A stretch of 63,755 nucleotides of DNA, filler included, from Chiloscyllium plagiosum (Eukaryota): the NCBI RefSeq assembly GCF_004010195.1. It is 3 parts of one record of this genome, joined end to end, with 100 filler letters (N's around TTAATTAATTAA, not from the genome) between each part and the next. Parts side by side here need not be neighbours in the genome. Positions count along the whole stretch, not along the records: positions 22,029 to 52,371 come from NC_057713.1; 2 more parts are not named here. One strand, written 5' to 3'. A program made the translations under genes and the position numbers. Below, piece by piece: positions 26,044 through 39,000 of the stretch. The first letter of the stretch is position 1, and the number at the start of each line of letters is the position of its first letter. Under the pieces are notes generated by a model that worked only from the letters and a program-made list of their open reading frames with translations, was not told the origin of the DNA and did not search any database.

Positions 26044-27014
26044 CAAAATTAATCCATTCTGTTCATACACGTATATTTAATTTCCACTCCCACACTACAG
26101 AAGTGTTTCTTTGCTGCCTGACTAAAGCAAACTAAGACATCCAGCTCTCTACATTCCTTCATCTAAAACAATGATAGACATAGTGAAGAGCTAAGGCCTT
26201 GTACAATCCCTGGGGATTTTTAAAAATGTGTTTGTTTTTATTTATATGTCACATCTAAAATAGGGGTTAGATAAGTGTGCACCGTTCATTGTATGACTAT
26301 ATTGTATAACCAAACTGTCTGAATTGATAGCTTCAAATATCAAAGCTCAGATCCACTCCAGCAAATAAACATTAAAATGAAAATAGCCCCCCTCAGAGAA
26401 TCCTCTATTAATAAATGGTTACATTTAAATGCATTGTTGGTAAAAGTGAAAGTCTGCAAAGAGATCTGCTCATACAGGCTGTTTTATCAATGGCTGCATG
26501 CCCTTTAATAAATGTCACTCTCAGGCCCCCTTATTTTGTATGCACAACAGCAGGTCTTAAAACATTATTTTGCGCCATTCAGTTGACTGGAAAGTGTCAC
26601 ATGAAGGCATTTATCCGTTATTCCACAGGAATTCTCTCCTCATTTGCATCAAAGTTAGAGGAAGTTACCACTTGTTTGCATTCCTGTTAATCTTCTGTTG
26701 CAAACCCGACGAAAAAAAACACAGATTGTTACAGGTCCCTGAACGACTAACCTCTGCCCTAGGCTAAACAGAAAATCAAAGAGGAAAGTAACACCAAGAA
26801 GTTCTCTCCATCACCATGTTTAATCAGCCGTACATCTTGAATTAATGTTCAAAAATCTTAAGGGGTCTGGACAGAGTTAATATGGTGAGAAGCTGTTCCC
26901 AGGGCCGAGAAGCAGAAGGCACTGGTTTAAATTGAATTGCAAAAGAACCAAAGCAACAGGAGGAAAACTTCCTTCACACGGTGAATGGTTAGGGTCCAGG
27001 TGCATAGCCCAAGA

Positions 27015-27116
27015 AGGAATAGAAACAGAAAGTTGCTGGAAAAGCTCAGCAGATCTGGTAGCATCTGTGACGAGAAATCGGAGTTAATGTTTCGCGTCCG
27101 GTGACCCTTCCTCAAG
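27015..27116 (-). mobile_element. pLTR end of a third Penelope family within a CR1 fragment
   Basis: Minus strand ttgaggaagggtcaccggacgcgaaac hammerhead-like core; related copies 36780-36917, 55630-55775, 63085-63280. Confidence 0.75.
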
Positions 27117-28223
27117 AATGGAATAGGCCATTCAGCGATGTAATAAATGAACTGACAGTAGAACTGTCAAAGTTTTCTTTGTGAGAGACACGAAGAGCTC
27201 TTTTTTGAACATCTTCAATAAATAGGGTTGACCATACACTATTGGTGTAGAGGAGATAAAGATATAACAACTCAACAATTACATTGTGAGAGCAATGAGA
27301 TTCAACTGCAGCAATTGGATAAATGTAGATTGGAAGCATTTGTAGGAGAAGTAGGTAGGGCAGGATGATGAGTGGATGAAGTTAGTAAAAACACTCTACG
27401 ACTGAGCTTTAATTGTAGCAAAAATGCACCAGACACCAATGGACTATAGCTTTAAGTAGTTGTCGTACATAAACTTTGGGGTCAAATCTGAATCACCCAC
27501 AGAGTAGAAACTGGATGAAAATACTTTTAAAATCAAGCAGGGGACATATACTTACTCTGTTCCCTCACCTTCTAGACAGCAACAATTCTATATGGCAGAT
27601 GCGAAGAACAAAAGTTCAAAGCCAAGGGAAACCTTTCTTTAAGTATGCAGATAGTGCTCTGATGACATGCTTGGATCCCGATGATTATTTTTAACTGAGA
27701 GTAAGGGATCAGCAATGGTTTCCCACGCGATGAAAACTTGCACATTCTGGATAAACAGAAACCTCGGCATGTATTTTTTACAGGTTGAGCCAGGTCAAGT
27801 CCGAGGAAACCTTGTGACTCATCTCCTGCCGTGGTTTTACCCTCAACCCCATGACCAGAATTTTCCTCCCTGAACTTACCTTGTGTCAGAAATCATTCTC
27901 CTGGGTCTCCTGATGGCCCTCTGGTTTAACAGCCGGAGAAACTGCTGCTACCAATTTGCTGATTAGTGAAATAGTAAGCAATCAACAGCCTTACTACTTC
28001 TCATGAATGGTCCCTACTGAAGTCCCTCTTTGATAAATAGATTTGATTCAATCCATTCGATGTTGTGATGCACATTTATGCCCAGTCGTGTCAGTATTAA
28101 AATTTCATTTAGCCTCTTAAATACACTAACAAAGAAAACTCATTTCCTTTCTGTATGGGTCAATTTTATGAATGACTTTGTCCATCGGCAGAATTGTCAA
28201 GGATTTGGACATTGTCATCTTCG

Positions 28224-29076
28224 AGGAGAAAGTGAGGTCTGCAGATGCTGGAGATCAAAGTTGAAACTTTATTGCTGGAACAGCACAGCAGGTCAGGCAG
28301 CATCCAGGGAACAGGAGATTCGACGTTTCGGGCACAGGCCCTTCTCCATTCCTGAAGAAGGGCCTGTGCCCGAAACATCGAATCTCCTGTTCCCTGGATG
28401 CTGCCTGACCTGCTGTGCTGTTCCAGCAATAAAGTTTCAACTTTGATATGCAGCAAGACCTAACTTGGAGATGTTGGTAGTGGACTGTGGTGGACAAAGA
28501 TAAAAATCACACAACACCAGGTTATAGTCCAACAGGTTTATTTGGAAACACTAGCTTTCAAGGCACTGCTTCTTCATTAGGTGGTTGTGGAGAATAAGGT
28601 CATAAAACAGCATTTATATCCAAATGAGTACAGTGTCATGGAGATGTGATGATACATTAAACAATTTAAGATAAATTTAGGATGGGATGTGTTGGTTTCT
28701 GTTCTTTGGTATGTAAATCCCAGAACTTCTTTCAGACAGTGGGAGGGCAGAGCGTCTGCAATGGAATACAGACAGGGGGAGGGCAGGTCGTCTGCAATGG
28801 GATACAGGAGAAAGTGAGGTCGCCTTCCTGACCTGCAGTCTTCTTCTTGACCTCTCCGCCTCCATCCTACTCCGACCTATCACCCTCACCTTGACCTCTT
28901 TCCACCTATCACATTTCCAACGCCCCTCCTCCAAGTCCCTCCTCCCTACCTTTTATCTTCTCCTGCTGAACACTCTCTGCTCATTCCTGAAGAAGGGCCT
29001 GTGCCCGAAACGTCGAATCTCCTGTTCCCTGGATGCTGCCTGACCTGCTGTGCTGTTCCAGCAATAAAGTTTCAAC
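28224..29076. mobile_element. Composite Penelope insertion (fold-back, captured segment, second pLTR)
   Basis: Single TSD tttggacattgtca 28204-28217 / 29077-29090 encloses all parts. Confidence 0.85.
28983..29018 (+). ncRNA. Minimal type I hammerhead ribozyme motif
   Basis: attc-CTGAAGA-a-gggc-ctgt-gccc-GAAA-CGTC^gaat: stem I attc/gaat, stem II gggc/gccc, predicted cleavage after GUC at 29014. Confidence 0.75.
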
Positions 29077-29214
29077 TTTGGACATTGTCAGTCAGCTCAC
29101 AACATTTTACATCCAAAAATATTTGGGCAGCATTTAAGACAAAGAGGGGTTAGGTATCTGCAGCCAGCTTTCACTTTGAGCCATTCAAGTTCAGCAGTTA
29201 GCGGATCCATGTCA

Positions 29215-29490
29215 ACTGTGGCTCGGTGATTAGCTCTGCTGCCTCACAGTTTCACAGACCAATGTTGAATTCCAGCCTTGGATAGCAGTCTGAGAGGAGT
29301 TTACACATTCTCCCTGTGTCTGTGTGGGTTTCGTCTGGGTGCTCCTGTTTCCTCCTACAGTCCAAAGATGTGCAGGTTAGGTGGATTGGCCATGGGAAAT
29401 GCTGGGTTACAGGGATAGGGTCTTCAGAGCAACAGTGTGGATTTGATGGGCCGAATGGCCTGCTTTCATGATGTAGGGTTTCTATGATTC
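29215..29490 (+). mobile_element. HE1 SINE
   Basis: Degenerate tRNA head, core cagtccaaagatgtgcaggttagg. Confidence 0.82.
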
Positions 29491-29732
29491 AATGAACTGA
29501 CCTTTGTCAGTACGTTGAAGGATCAGCCACCTCTAATTGTTAACTTAGTTTCTCTCTGCGCAGACAGCTGTCTGGCCTGTTGAGGATTTGCACCACTTTG
29601 TGTTTTTATTGCAGATCGAGAGCATGTATTAAGAAGAATAAATATTGGACACGTTTCTTCCTTCTTGAATTTTCCATGCTAAAACGTGAATTTATCTTAA
29701 ACGTCTAATGCTTGAGTCATAATCTGCATTGT

Positions 29733-29873
29733 CGAAAAGTGTGACACTGCAGGGCAGGCAGCATCTGAAACAATGACTCTCCTGCTCCTTGGATGCTGCC
29801 TGACCTGTTGTGCTTTTCTAGTGGCACACTTTTCAACTCTGACTCTCCAGCATCTGCAGTCCTCACTTTCTCC
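29733..29873. mobile_element. Degenerate fold-back Penelope pLTR
   Basis: Flanked by taat(c/t)tgcattgt at 29720-29732 / 29880-29892. Confidence 0.7.
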
Positions 29874-29904
29874 TCATCCTAATTTGCATTGTTTACAGAC
29901 AAAA

Positions 29905-30505
29905 GTTGGTTACTGCCATACCCTCCTCCCCCAACATTTTGATTTTAAAATTCTAATCCTTGTTTCCAAATCCCTCCATGGCCTTGTCCTTCCTATCACT
30001 GCAATCTCCTCAGAACTCACTGAGAAAGCTTTGCTCACTGATTTTAACCTCTTGGACAATCCTGGTTTTATTTGCTCCATTGTTGGTGATTGTCCCTTTG
30101 ACTGGCTAGGCCAAAACTCTAAAACCACCAATCCTACACCTCTCCAGTTCACATTCCCTCTTTAAAACCAATATTTTGACCAATCTTTTTATCACCTAAC
30201 CTAGTAGTTCCCTGCATTTAGATGTTGGAGAAAGTGAGGACTGCAGATGCTGGAGATCAGAGTCGAAAGTGTGGTGCTGGAAAAACACAGCAGGTCAGGC
30301 AGCATCTGAGGAGCAGGAGAATCAACATTTCAGGCATAAGGCCTTTCTGATGAAGCCATTCCTGATGAAGGGCTTACGCCCGAAACATTGATTCTCCTGC
30401 TTCTTGGATGTTGCCTGACCTGCTGTGCCTTTCCAGCACCACACTCTCGACACTGCATCTTGGTGTTACATTGATGGTGCTATATAGGTGTAAGTTGTTG
30501 TTGTT
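29905..30505 (+). mobile_element. L2-like LINE 3' end interrupted by a fold-back Penelope (30227-30452)
   Basis: HFDFKILILVSKSLHGL motif typical of L2 ORF2 C-terminus; tail gtgctatataggtgtaagttgttgttg. Confidence 0.7.
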
Positions 30506-31113
30506 TTCCACCTCCATCTTGATCAGTCATGCTGACCAATCCCTTCACCAATCCTCCAAACCCACAACACCACACCCCCACACACACATCCCCACACACA
30601 CCCACCCATCCACAAGGAGTAAACCTGAACAATTAACCATTTCTGAAAAGGCTTCTGTTAGCTGGTCACAAGCAACATTGACACTATTCTGAGTCAATGT
30701 GAATAAATATTTTGTCAAGATACCAATCACTGTCATCCTTCACCCTCCAAAAACAACTTAAGTAACTGCCTGTATGTCACATTACTGAAGTCATTGTTCA
30801 TTAAAAAATTTATAACGACAATCGTTCTAGATTTCTGAATCTGCAAGTCATTTTTTTAAGACCAGTATCTGGGAAACAAAGTGCAAACTAAAATAATTTT
30901 GAATGTCTGACAGAATTAGGAAATTTAATGCCACATCCATGTATCACAGTAAGAATTTAATACTAGATTGCAATACCCAGTAGAAAATTGTGCGCATGAA
31001 TTAGTGTGATAATCATTGAGATTTGAAGCTTCACTGTGCCTTTTCCTCTTAGTTTAGTTGTGCTTCTTTCAGAGAGCTTATGGATTTTTCCTCTCTGCAC
31101 TCAGTGGTCTGAG

Positions 31114-31367
31114 AAAGGTCATTAAGGGCACACCCGTAGCATGGAATGATATAAACAGTCATCCGAAGAACACAGCAAATCAATCATAATTAACACTCTC
31201 AGCTACTTCCTGGACATAAAACCTCTGGAGTAAAAGGTCAATGAGTAAGGATCAGTGGACAATGTGCAGAAAGGGAGCGAACAGGTTTTACCACAGCAGG
31301 TCTATGCTGGGTCACCCTTAACCCCCCATTGCTTCTTACACTTAACCTGTACGATGAAGAAAGGTCA
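31114..31367 (+). promoter_or_regulatory. Cluster of three AAAGGTCA (NBRE-type) sites in unique DNA
   Basis: AAAGGTCA at 31114, 31233, 31360 on the same strand; ETS-like ACTTCCTG and GATA sites nearby. Confidence 0.35.
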
Positions 31368-32559
31368 TTAAAAAGAAGTGTTAAAGGCCTTCAAATAAAG
31401 TTACTTCCTGTTTAAACAGACATGTTTTCTACAAATAAATTATTATATTTTGGTCAGGAATATTTGTGCAGCTCGCTGTTCCTCTCACCAGGCACCCTTT
31501 ATTGATCCAGGTCAAAGAGCAGATAATGGCAAATGGTGCCAATTAAGCACAGATAACGTTAACACTAATAAAGGAAAGGTTGAAAGATTTTTTGAATCGT
31601 TTGCCTTTTGAATGTAGCCATACAAGTGGCTATGTCAGTGATATGTTTAGGATCATAGAGGCTTAAAACACAGAAAACAGCCTTTCAGCCCATCTATGCC
31701 AGTCAAAAACAACTACCTAATTATTCTCATCCCATTTTTGTGTTCTTGCCCATTGCCTTGTATACCTTGGCATTGCCAGTGTCATTGACAAGTAAATGAG
31801 ATTCCATACATTCCTGGGGTGGTCTTCAACCTGACATTCAAACTGTGGTGCTCAATCAGAATCTTATGGCCATTCTAGTTCGAAGTCAGAGAAGTCACAC
31901 CAAATCCCAGGAACAGGGTCTCCTGCATGCTTGGAATATGCAGTTTACTCCTGCAAGAACACATCCATTGTACTTACCCTGAGTGGCAGAGTTCCATTAC
32001 TCATGCAGCAAGAACTAGAAACTCTCAAGAAAGAATTAAAAAAAAAAGTGGCAGAATGTCAGGATGAACAAGCCTGGGAAAAACAGGATCTCCTGTGGAC
32101 TGAAGAAAGTATTAAACCCTCACTGGAATAGATGAATTTGGGTTGGTTTGCCTTGTATTTACCACAGTGAACAGTTTGAAACTTTGTATATGTCTAAGTA
32201 CATGCGGATATATTCTTAAAAAAAGGAATCGTTCTGCCAGTATTAGAGACAATTTCTCAGGAAGAAAAGCAGGCATCATGCTTTAACACAGGGAGAGTCT
32301 GGATTTCTTTCCTTGAAAAAGCAGTGATAAGACTCTTGTCAATAGACCTCTTCAATAGTTAAAAAGGTGAAGAGATCTAAAAGACAGGTGGGCACATGGA
32401 GTTGAAGTACAGACTTGTCATGATCTGGGTGAGAAGCATGCTTAAAGGGCTGAATGGCCTACACCTCTACCTGTTCTTAAACTGCTAATATCCTGTCTGC
32501 CTTCACAGGGGAGAATATTGGTATTTGATCTGAAATAACTAAGACCTAAGGATTTAGAG

Positions 32560-33590
32560 TGTGACACTTGAAGAAGCTCGTGTCAGTGAAACAAAATAGT
32601 ATTGGAGGAATTAATTCTGACCAAAAGTAGTCAAATCCCTGGAGCCCAATGACCTTTAAACTAGAGGGTTGATAGAAAAGGCAACAGAGATGGTGGATAC
32701 GGTAGAGACCAATTATCCAAATTCTACAATAGTACCTGCAGATTGGAAGGCTGCGAATGCTACGAAAGGAAGAAGAGAGAAAATCAGGAACTACAGCTCT
32801 AAAAGTCTGCAGTAGGGAAAATATTAGAAACAATTATAAAGGATGTTAATACTGGATCTTCAAATTGTCTGATTAGGCAGTCAGCATGGATTTATGAAGC
32901 ATAAATCATGTTAGATAAACCTGACAGTTTTTTGAAGACGTTAATAACAGAGTTGATAACAGGGAACCAGTGGATGTGATGCATTTGGATTTCCTAGCAC
33001 ACCTTTTTTGCATTCCAAATTGCTTGGTATATTTACATTCTAATTTTCTGAGATACAAAGATCCCTCTGAGTATTGCTCAGCAATTTTTACACTCTCTCA
33101 TGATTTAAAAATTATTCTGCTTTATTATTTTTCATATCAAAATTGATAACTGCATATTTTCCTCTCTTATGCTCCATTTATGACTTCCTTGCCCTCTCAC
33201 TCAATTGTTTATGTCCCTCTGCAGCCTCGTTGCATTCTATTCACCATTTAATATTGTACCAAACTTAGCATTGTCAGACTACATTGCATTCAGTTATTTA
33301 TTTAAGTAATTGCTATAGATTGTAAATAGATGAAGCCCAGTAATGAGCCTTGCAGTACCTACTAGTTACAGCCTGTCAACAGAAGAATATTCAGTTTATT
33401 CCTTCTTTCTGTTTTCTGCATTTTAACTAAACCTAATATATTACTGCAATTTCAAGATTCCTAATGCTGTATAATAATCTTGTGAGTGACACCTTACTGA
33501 ATCCTTTTTGAAAATCCAAATACACTGTGCACTGAATCCCCTTTATCAGTCCTACGAGTTAGACCTTAAAAAGCTCTAACAGATTGGTGA
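32560..33590. mobile_element. Two old CR1 RT fragments in opposite orientation
   Basis: Plus: QHGFMKHKSC*INL...PVDVMHLDF (32881-32992); minus: RT-like 33000-33590. Confidence 0.65.
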
Positions 33591-33814
33591 ACTCTATCAG
33601 AAGAAGAATATTAGATTTCACCACTGAGCGTGAGAAAAAAACTTTCATTTACATCAAGACCTTATGTACAATAAAAGGACAGGAAATTACCTCAATAGAT
33701 GGGCTGTGTTGGCATCACCTCTAAACTTGACCTCAATTTCAGCCAACTGTTACACTTGTAGTCTTTTCACTAATCTGTCAAAGGAGCTCTTCTATCACTT
33801 CCCTAGTCCAGATA

Positions 33815-35135
33815 AAGTTAAAAATCACAAAACACCAGGTTATAGTCCAATGGGTTTATTTGGAAGCACTAGCTTTCGAAGCACTGCTTCTTCATCAGTG
33901 GCTGTGGAGTAGGACCATAAGACACGGAATTTACAGCAAAAGGTTACAGTATTGTGTGGCTGAAATATGTTAAACAAACTTATATTAAGTCTTTCAACTC
34001 TTAGAATGCTTTTGCTACTTTCGGTTCATTAATATGTAAATCCCAGAACTCCTTTTAAGTCACATTCTCAAGATAACTTCAGGTTTTCTAACAAAATGTG
34101 TCATCTCAGCTCAGACAATGCTGTGAAGTTAAAGATGTGAAGTTAAAGTCTGTCTGTGCCCCATTTTGAGTCAGACTGGTTCTATTTCTGAAGTGGGATT
34201 TACAGAATCTTACATATATTGACTGTAAGTTATGCATTATTTGAACAAAATAAATTATGATTCTGCAAATACAGATTCATCCCATAAACTTATATATGTG
34301 TGTGTGTGTATGTGAGTGTGTGCATTGGGTGTGAGTGCATGTGAGGGAGTGTGTGTAAGCTTGGTAAAGTATGTGTGTGAGTGTGATGGGGTATAAGCCT
34401 GTGAGAGGGTGCGTGCGTGGGTATGAGTGTGTGGATGTATGTGTGTGCATATGAGAGAGAGCTTTGTATGAGAGAGGGTCAGTGTGAGAGTGAGTATGTA
34501 GGAGGGTGTGTGTGTGAGTGAGAGCGAGAGCGTATAATGCAGTGGGGTCACCTGTAGTGTGACATGAACCCAAGGTCCCGGTGGAGGCCATCCCCATGGG
34601 TACCAAACATGGCTATCAGCCTCTGCTCGACCACTTTGCGTTGTTGCTTGTCCCAAAGTCTGCCTTGGAGGATGGTCACCTGAAGGTCTGAGGCTGAATG
34701 CCCCTGACTGCTGAAGTGTTCCCTGACTGGGAAGGAACATTCCTGCCTGGTGATTGCTGTGCAGTGTCCATTCATCCGTTGTCGTAGTGTCTACTCAGTC
34801 TCGCCAATGTATCATGCCTCGGTGCATCCTTGCCTGCAGTGTATGAGATAGACAGCATTGGCTGAGTCACATGAGTACCTGCCGCATACTTGTGGGAGGC
34901 AACCTCACGTGTAATGATGGTATCCATGTCGACACTCTGACATGTCTTTCAGCGGCTGCCGTGACAGTGTTGTATGGTGTTGTTGCCATGAAGACTGGGC
35001 CATTTGCTGCAAAAAATGATCTGTTTAAGGTTGGTGGTTGATTAAAGGTGAGAATTAGAGGCGAGGGGAACATCATTGATAATGTGTTGCAGGCTGCGAA
35101 GAACATGGTGTAGGTTTTCAGCTCCTGGGAAGTAT
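33815..35135 (-). mobile_element. Penelope family 2, 3' part: GIY-YIG, CA-rich UTR, pLTR
   Basis: ORF 34548-34775 (EHFSSQGHSASDLQVTIL...EQRLIAMFGTHGDGLHRD); YIGET motif at ~34797-34811. Confidence 0.88.
33867..33901 (-). ncRNA. Minimal hammerhead ribozyme motif (family 2)
   Basis: Minus strand CTGATGA-a-gaagc-agt-gcttc-GAAA-GCTA: 5-bp stem II, palindromic AGCU stem III. Confidence 0.7.
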
Positions 35136-35947
35136 TGGACAGATATGCTGAGATATTCTATTGCTTTATCATTGGGGACCTGAATGGGATGTTCTCTTCC
35201 CATCTCCTCCAATGCGGAAAGAGACCATTCACCATGAGAGATTAAATGAAGCCTTGACTGCTCCAGGATCTGAGTGCAAAAGTAAAAGCTGATGTTCCCA
35301 AAGTGGGACTGACAGAATGCTACATTGTCAGAGAATAGAATAGAATATCCTTTATTGTCATGTGTACTCAAGTACAGAAGTACAGGAGTACAGTGAAAAG
35401 TTTTACAAATGTCACCTCTCATGGCACAATCTTAGATACAAATACCTAGGTACAAATCTTAGATAAAAAAAGAGGAATAAAAAGAAAAGTAGTTGCATTA
35501 ATTTACAGTGTTTAAAGAATAACTTAAAAATAAGAAGAGTTAAGGAATTGACATTTCAGTCAGATAAAAAACAATTCTAAATGAGGTGCCATATTTCAGA
35601 TGAGATGTTAAAGTGAAGTTCTATCTGACATCTCAGGTGGATGCAAAAGATTCCATAAAAGAACAGTTCTGTCTCACATCCTTATCAATAGTTGTGCCTC
35701 AATCAGCGTCCTTAACAAAAACATTTAGGTGGTCATGATCAAAATGTTGTTTTGGGAAGCTTGTTGTGCTCAAATTGATATTACAACCTACATTTTACAA
35801 ATACATAACCAGTTGTAAAGTATGTTTGGATATCCTGCAATCACAAAAAGCTGTCAGAAAAATCAAGTCTCCGTTTTAAACATCTCATTTGAAAATATCA
35901 ACCAAATATATAAATGTTAGAGAACAAAAAAACATAACCTTTTGTAA

Positions 35948-36051
35948 GGTGGGACTAGATTGGGTTGGGATACTGGTCGGCATGGACAAGTTGGACCAAA
36001 GTGTCTGTTTCCGTGATGTACATCTCTATGACTCTATGACTCTATGACTCT
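35948..36051 (+). mobile_element. HER1 LINE extreme 3' end
   Basis: Matches 238-314; (ctatgact)3 tail. Confidence 0.88.
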
Positions 36052-36072
36052 AATACTTTTCCCTTCTCATCC

Positions 36073-36089
36073 AGGTCAATTAAAGGTCA
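36073..36089 (+). promoter_or_regulatory. Perfect DR5 retinoic-acid-response-element consensus
   Basis: AGGTCA-attaa-AGGTCA; function not demonstrated. Confidence 0.45.
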
Positions 36090-39000
36090 GATGTTAATAA
36101 GAATTTTGAACCCATTTGAAATTATATGGCATAAAACTGGGGTCAAAGAATATATTCAGAGCCATTGGCATTTAGCACTAAATGTGGTCTCAGGGAAAGA
36201 GTTTTCAATAAATTGATCTTAGATATAAAATTGATGGACCTAAGTATATTCAAAAGAGTTATTTTATTAAAACATGAGAATTATATTTCTTCTATCAATG
36301 GCTTTGAAATTACTCTATGATCTCTATCGATATTTTGATAGAATATTCCAAGTTGACAGAATCAGGAAGACCAGGCCCCATGAGATTAATTGTGGACCAA
36401 TAGACGTTCTAGGTGTGCTTACCTTCTGGAATACATAACCATGTACTCTCTGTGTGTACCTTCAAAAGGGAGATCAATCAGTTCTGATTAGGGTCCAGAT
36501 TGCAACCTACAGAGAGTAATTTACCAAAATGATGTTGGCTGTGTGATCTTACAGAACAGGTTTCAATCACCTGCAAGAGTCTGAGATAAAATTTCCACAG
36601 TAATTATTTTCCTTTATTGGCCCTGACATTTTCTTTCATTTGCTTCTTGCATTACTGTGAGTGATAGTGAAGAACATAACGATCAGAATGAGATGGAGAA
36701 GGGAAGATGGGTGGGGAGATATGTCTAGTCAGAATGCCCCTGCCATGACAGAGTAGGGCAAGCTTGATGGACTAGCTAAACAAAAAAAACTTGAAGAACT
36801 GCGGATGCTGGAAACCAGAAACAAGAATAGAAATTACTGGAAAATCTCAGCAGGTTTGGCAGCATCTGGAGAGAAATTAAAGATAACATTTTGGGTCCAG
36901 TGACCCTTCCTCAGAAGTGTTGTTGGACGAGCTGATCTTTACCTGATATATTATGTAAGATCATAAGATAGCAGGAAGGTACAATTTTCCATATTTATTA
37001 TAAGCAAAACTTTTCTTGTATCTTCACTCATTCAGTTTTCCTCGTTGGAGAATATGTGGCATGGACTGATGGCGGTGGGTTGTGTGTGGTGGTCGTAGGA
37101 TTCTTCAGCTGGTTATCAGGATATTGACCTGCGTCCTTTGTGGGCAACAAGTCCTAGTCTGGGACTTGAACTGGAGCTTCTGGACCAAAGATAGATAACA
37201 CTTATCACTCAAGCCTCGAAACTCCATTTGCATCACAGTGACTGAATAAAGAATTTTGAGAGATCTTGTGCTTCAGTACAGAAATAATCTTGAAAACAGC
37301 ATTGACCAGAGGTTTTACAGGACAACAATCTAGAAGGAAATCCAACTTTATTTTATTCAAGTGTTGCTTCTTGTTTGGACTGGTAGATTGGCAACTCAAC
37401 CAAAATCACGTCTATAGATTCTGTGACCTTTTTAGTAATATGTTCTCACCTGACACACAGCTATGATGTATATTTCTTTCTCTGTTAGAATTCTCCTGCC
37501 CATCACAGCATTGCAATAGTTGCCAACTCAGTGCACATTTTGCAGCTCTACAGGACACCAAATGAATTCCTGTGGCCTCTGCTAAATCACACTAAACTGA
37601 AATGATCCAAGTCGAGGATTGTATGTCTATTTAATGAAATTACTTTGGAAGATCTGAGGTAGTTGGGATCACTAAAGGAAAATTGAGGACAGCATACCCA
37701 AGACTTCTTCTGATTAATGTTTCTGTGTGGCCAAGCAAGCGCTTGAGAAATCTAGTCAACTATTTTGGTGTCACGTAATGATTGTTAGCTTCACTGAAGT
37801 CAATTAATTGTCCTAAGTTGTTTCATCACCCCATATAGCAGCATAAAAAGGCAGTTATTTAAACTGTCTTGTCTCAATTTATCATTTTAATTAAATAGAG
37901 ACTTTGGACTATCCCACAAATCAAAGAAATGTGCAATTTAAAAATGTTTACATTCTGTAAACTTAGATTAAAATTAACCTGTTTGCTTTGTCAATAACGC
38001 TGAGCGGTGAGCTTTAACAAACGCGTATTTCACAAAGATTTGAATTTCAAAAAATGCGTTGAGTTTTCTCAATATCCCTGGGAGAAAAAAGAATCATTTC
38101 CTTAGAAGTTAAATTATAATCTACTATTTCATCAGCTTTCTGCAGCAATGGTTAAGATTTAGGTTCCCATGACCCAACACACTACAGTGATGTATTATTC
38201 ATTCCATAATGTAAGAAATTCCTGCAAATAAAACCTTTGTCCTCCAATACTGGCTAATTATTTGCCAGATTGGAGACCCGATGTGTCATGTTACAATGTG
38301 GAATACACATATCCCTGGGAGTACTCCCAGCAACACCCCTCCCCCCCCACCCAAAAGAAAATGTCATTACGAAGTTCAGAAATGCTTCGCAGGGCCACAG
38401 AAAATGTCTGCTGTTCTTTCTGGGCAGAATGTATATAAGTTCCATTAAAGAAAGGGAAAAGAGGTAAGAGTTCAGTCTGAGAAAGTCAAGCCGTAGGATG
38501 GTGACAGCAGTCAGCTGAGATCCTTTTAAGGGTGCTTTTATGCATAAATATTTAATCATTACTTCTCATCTCCTAGTGTGAAGACACTTTTCATTCAAAA
38601 ATGACAAGGTTTATTGCAGTGTGCATTGCTGCAATATTTGACCTCACCTCATTCCCCTTTAGAATTAGCCTCAGTACTTCTCTCATGACTCTGCATGCTA
38701 AAATGGAATGCTACTGAGCTGACGGGGTTTGAAAGTTACCACATCCACTTTTTGGCAGAAGGTAATAGTTGGTTGCTTACCAAATCAATTTTGAGTGGGT
38801 AGGGGAAAACATCCCCCAAACTTTGTATTTTTACATCAATGTATTTTGACCCACATCTGGAGTTAGTGGGCTTTGAACCCAAGCCTTTTGGCTCAAAGTT
38901 GGGGCACTCCTACTGTACCACACAAACTCTAGTGTGAACTGGTCCAATCTCATCCATTGGACAGTACTACACTAGGCTAAGATTATGCCCCAACAGCATC

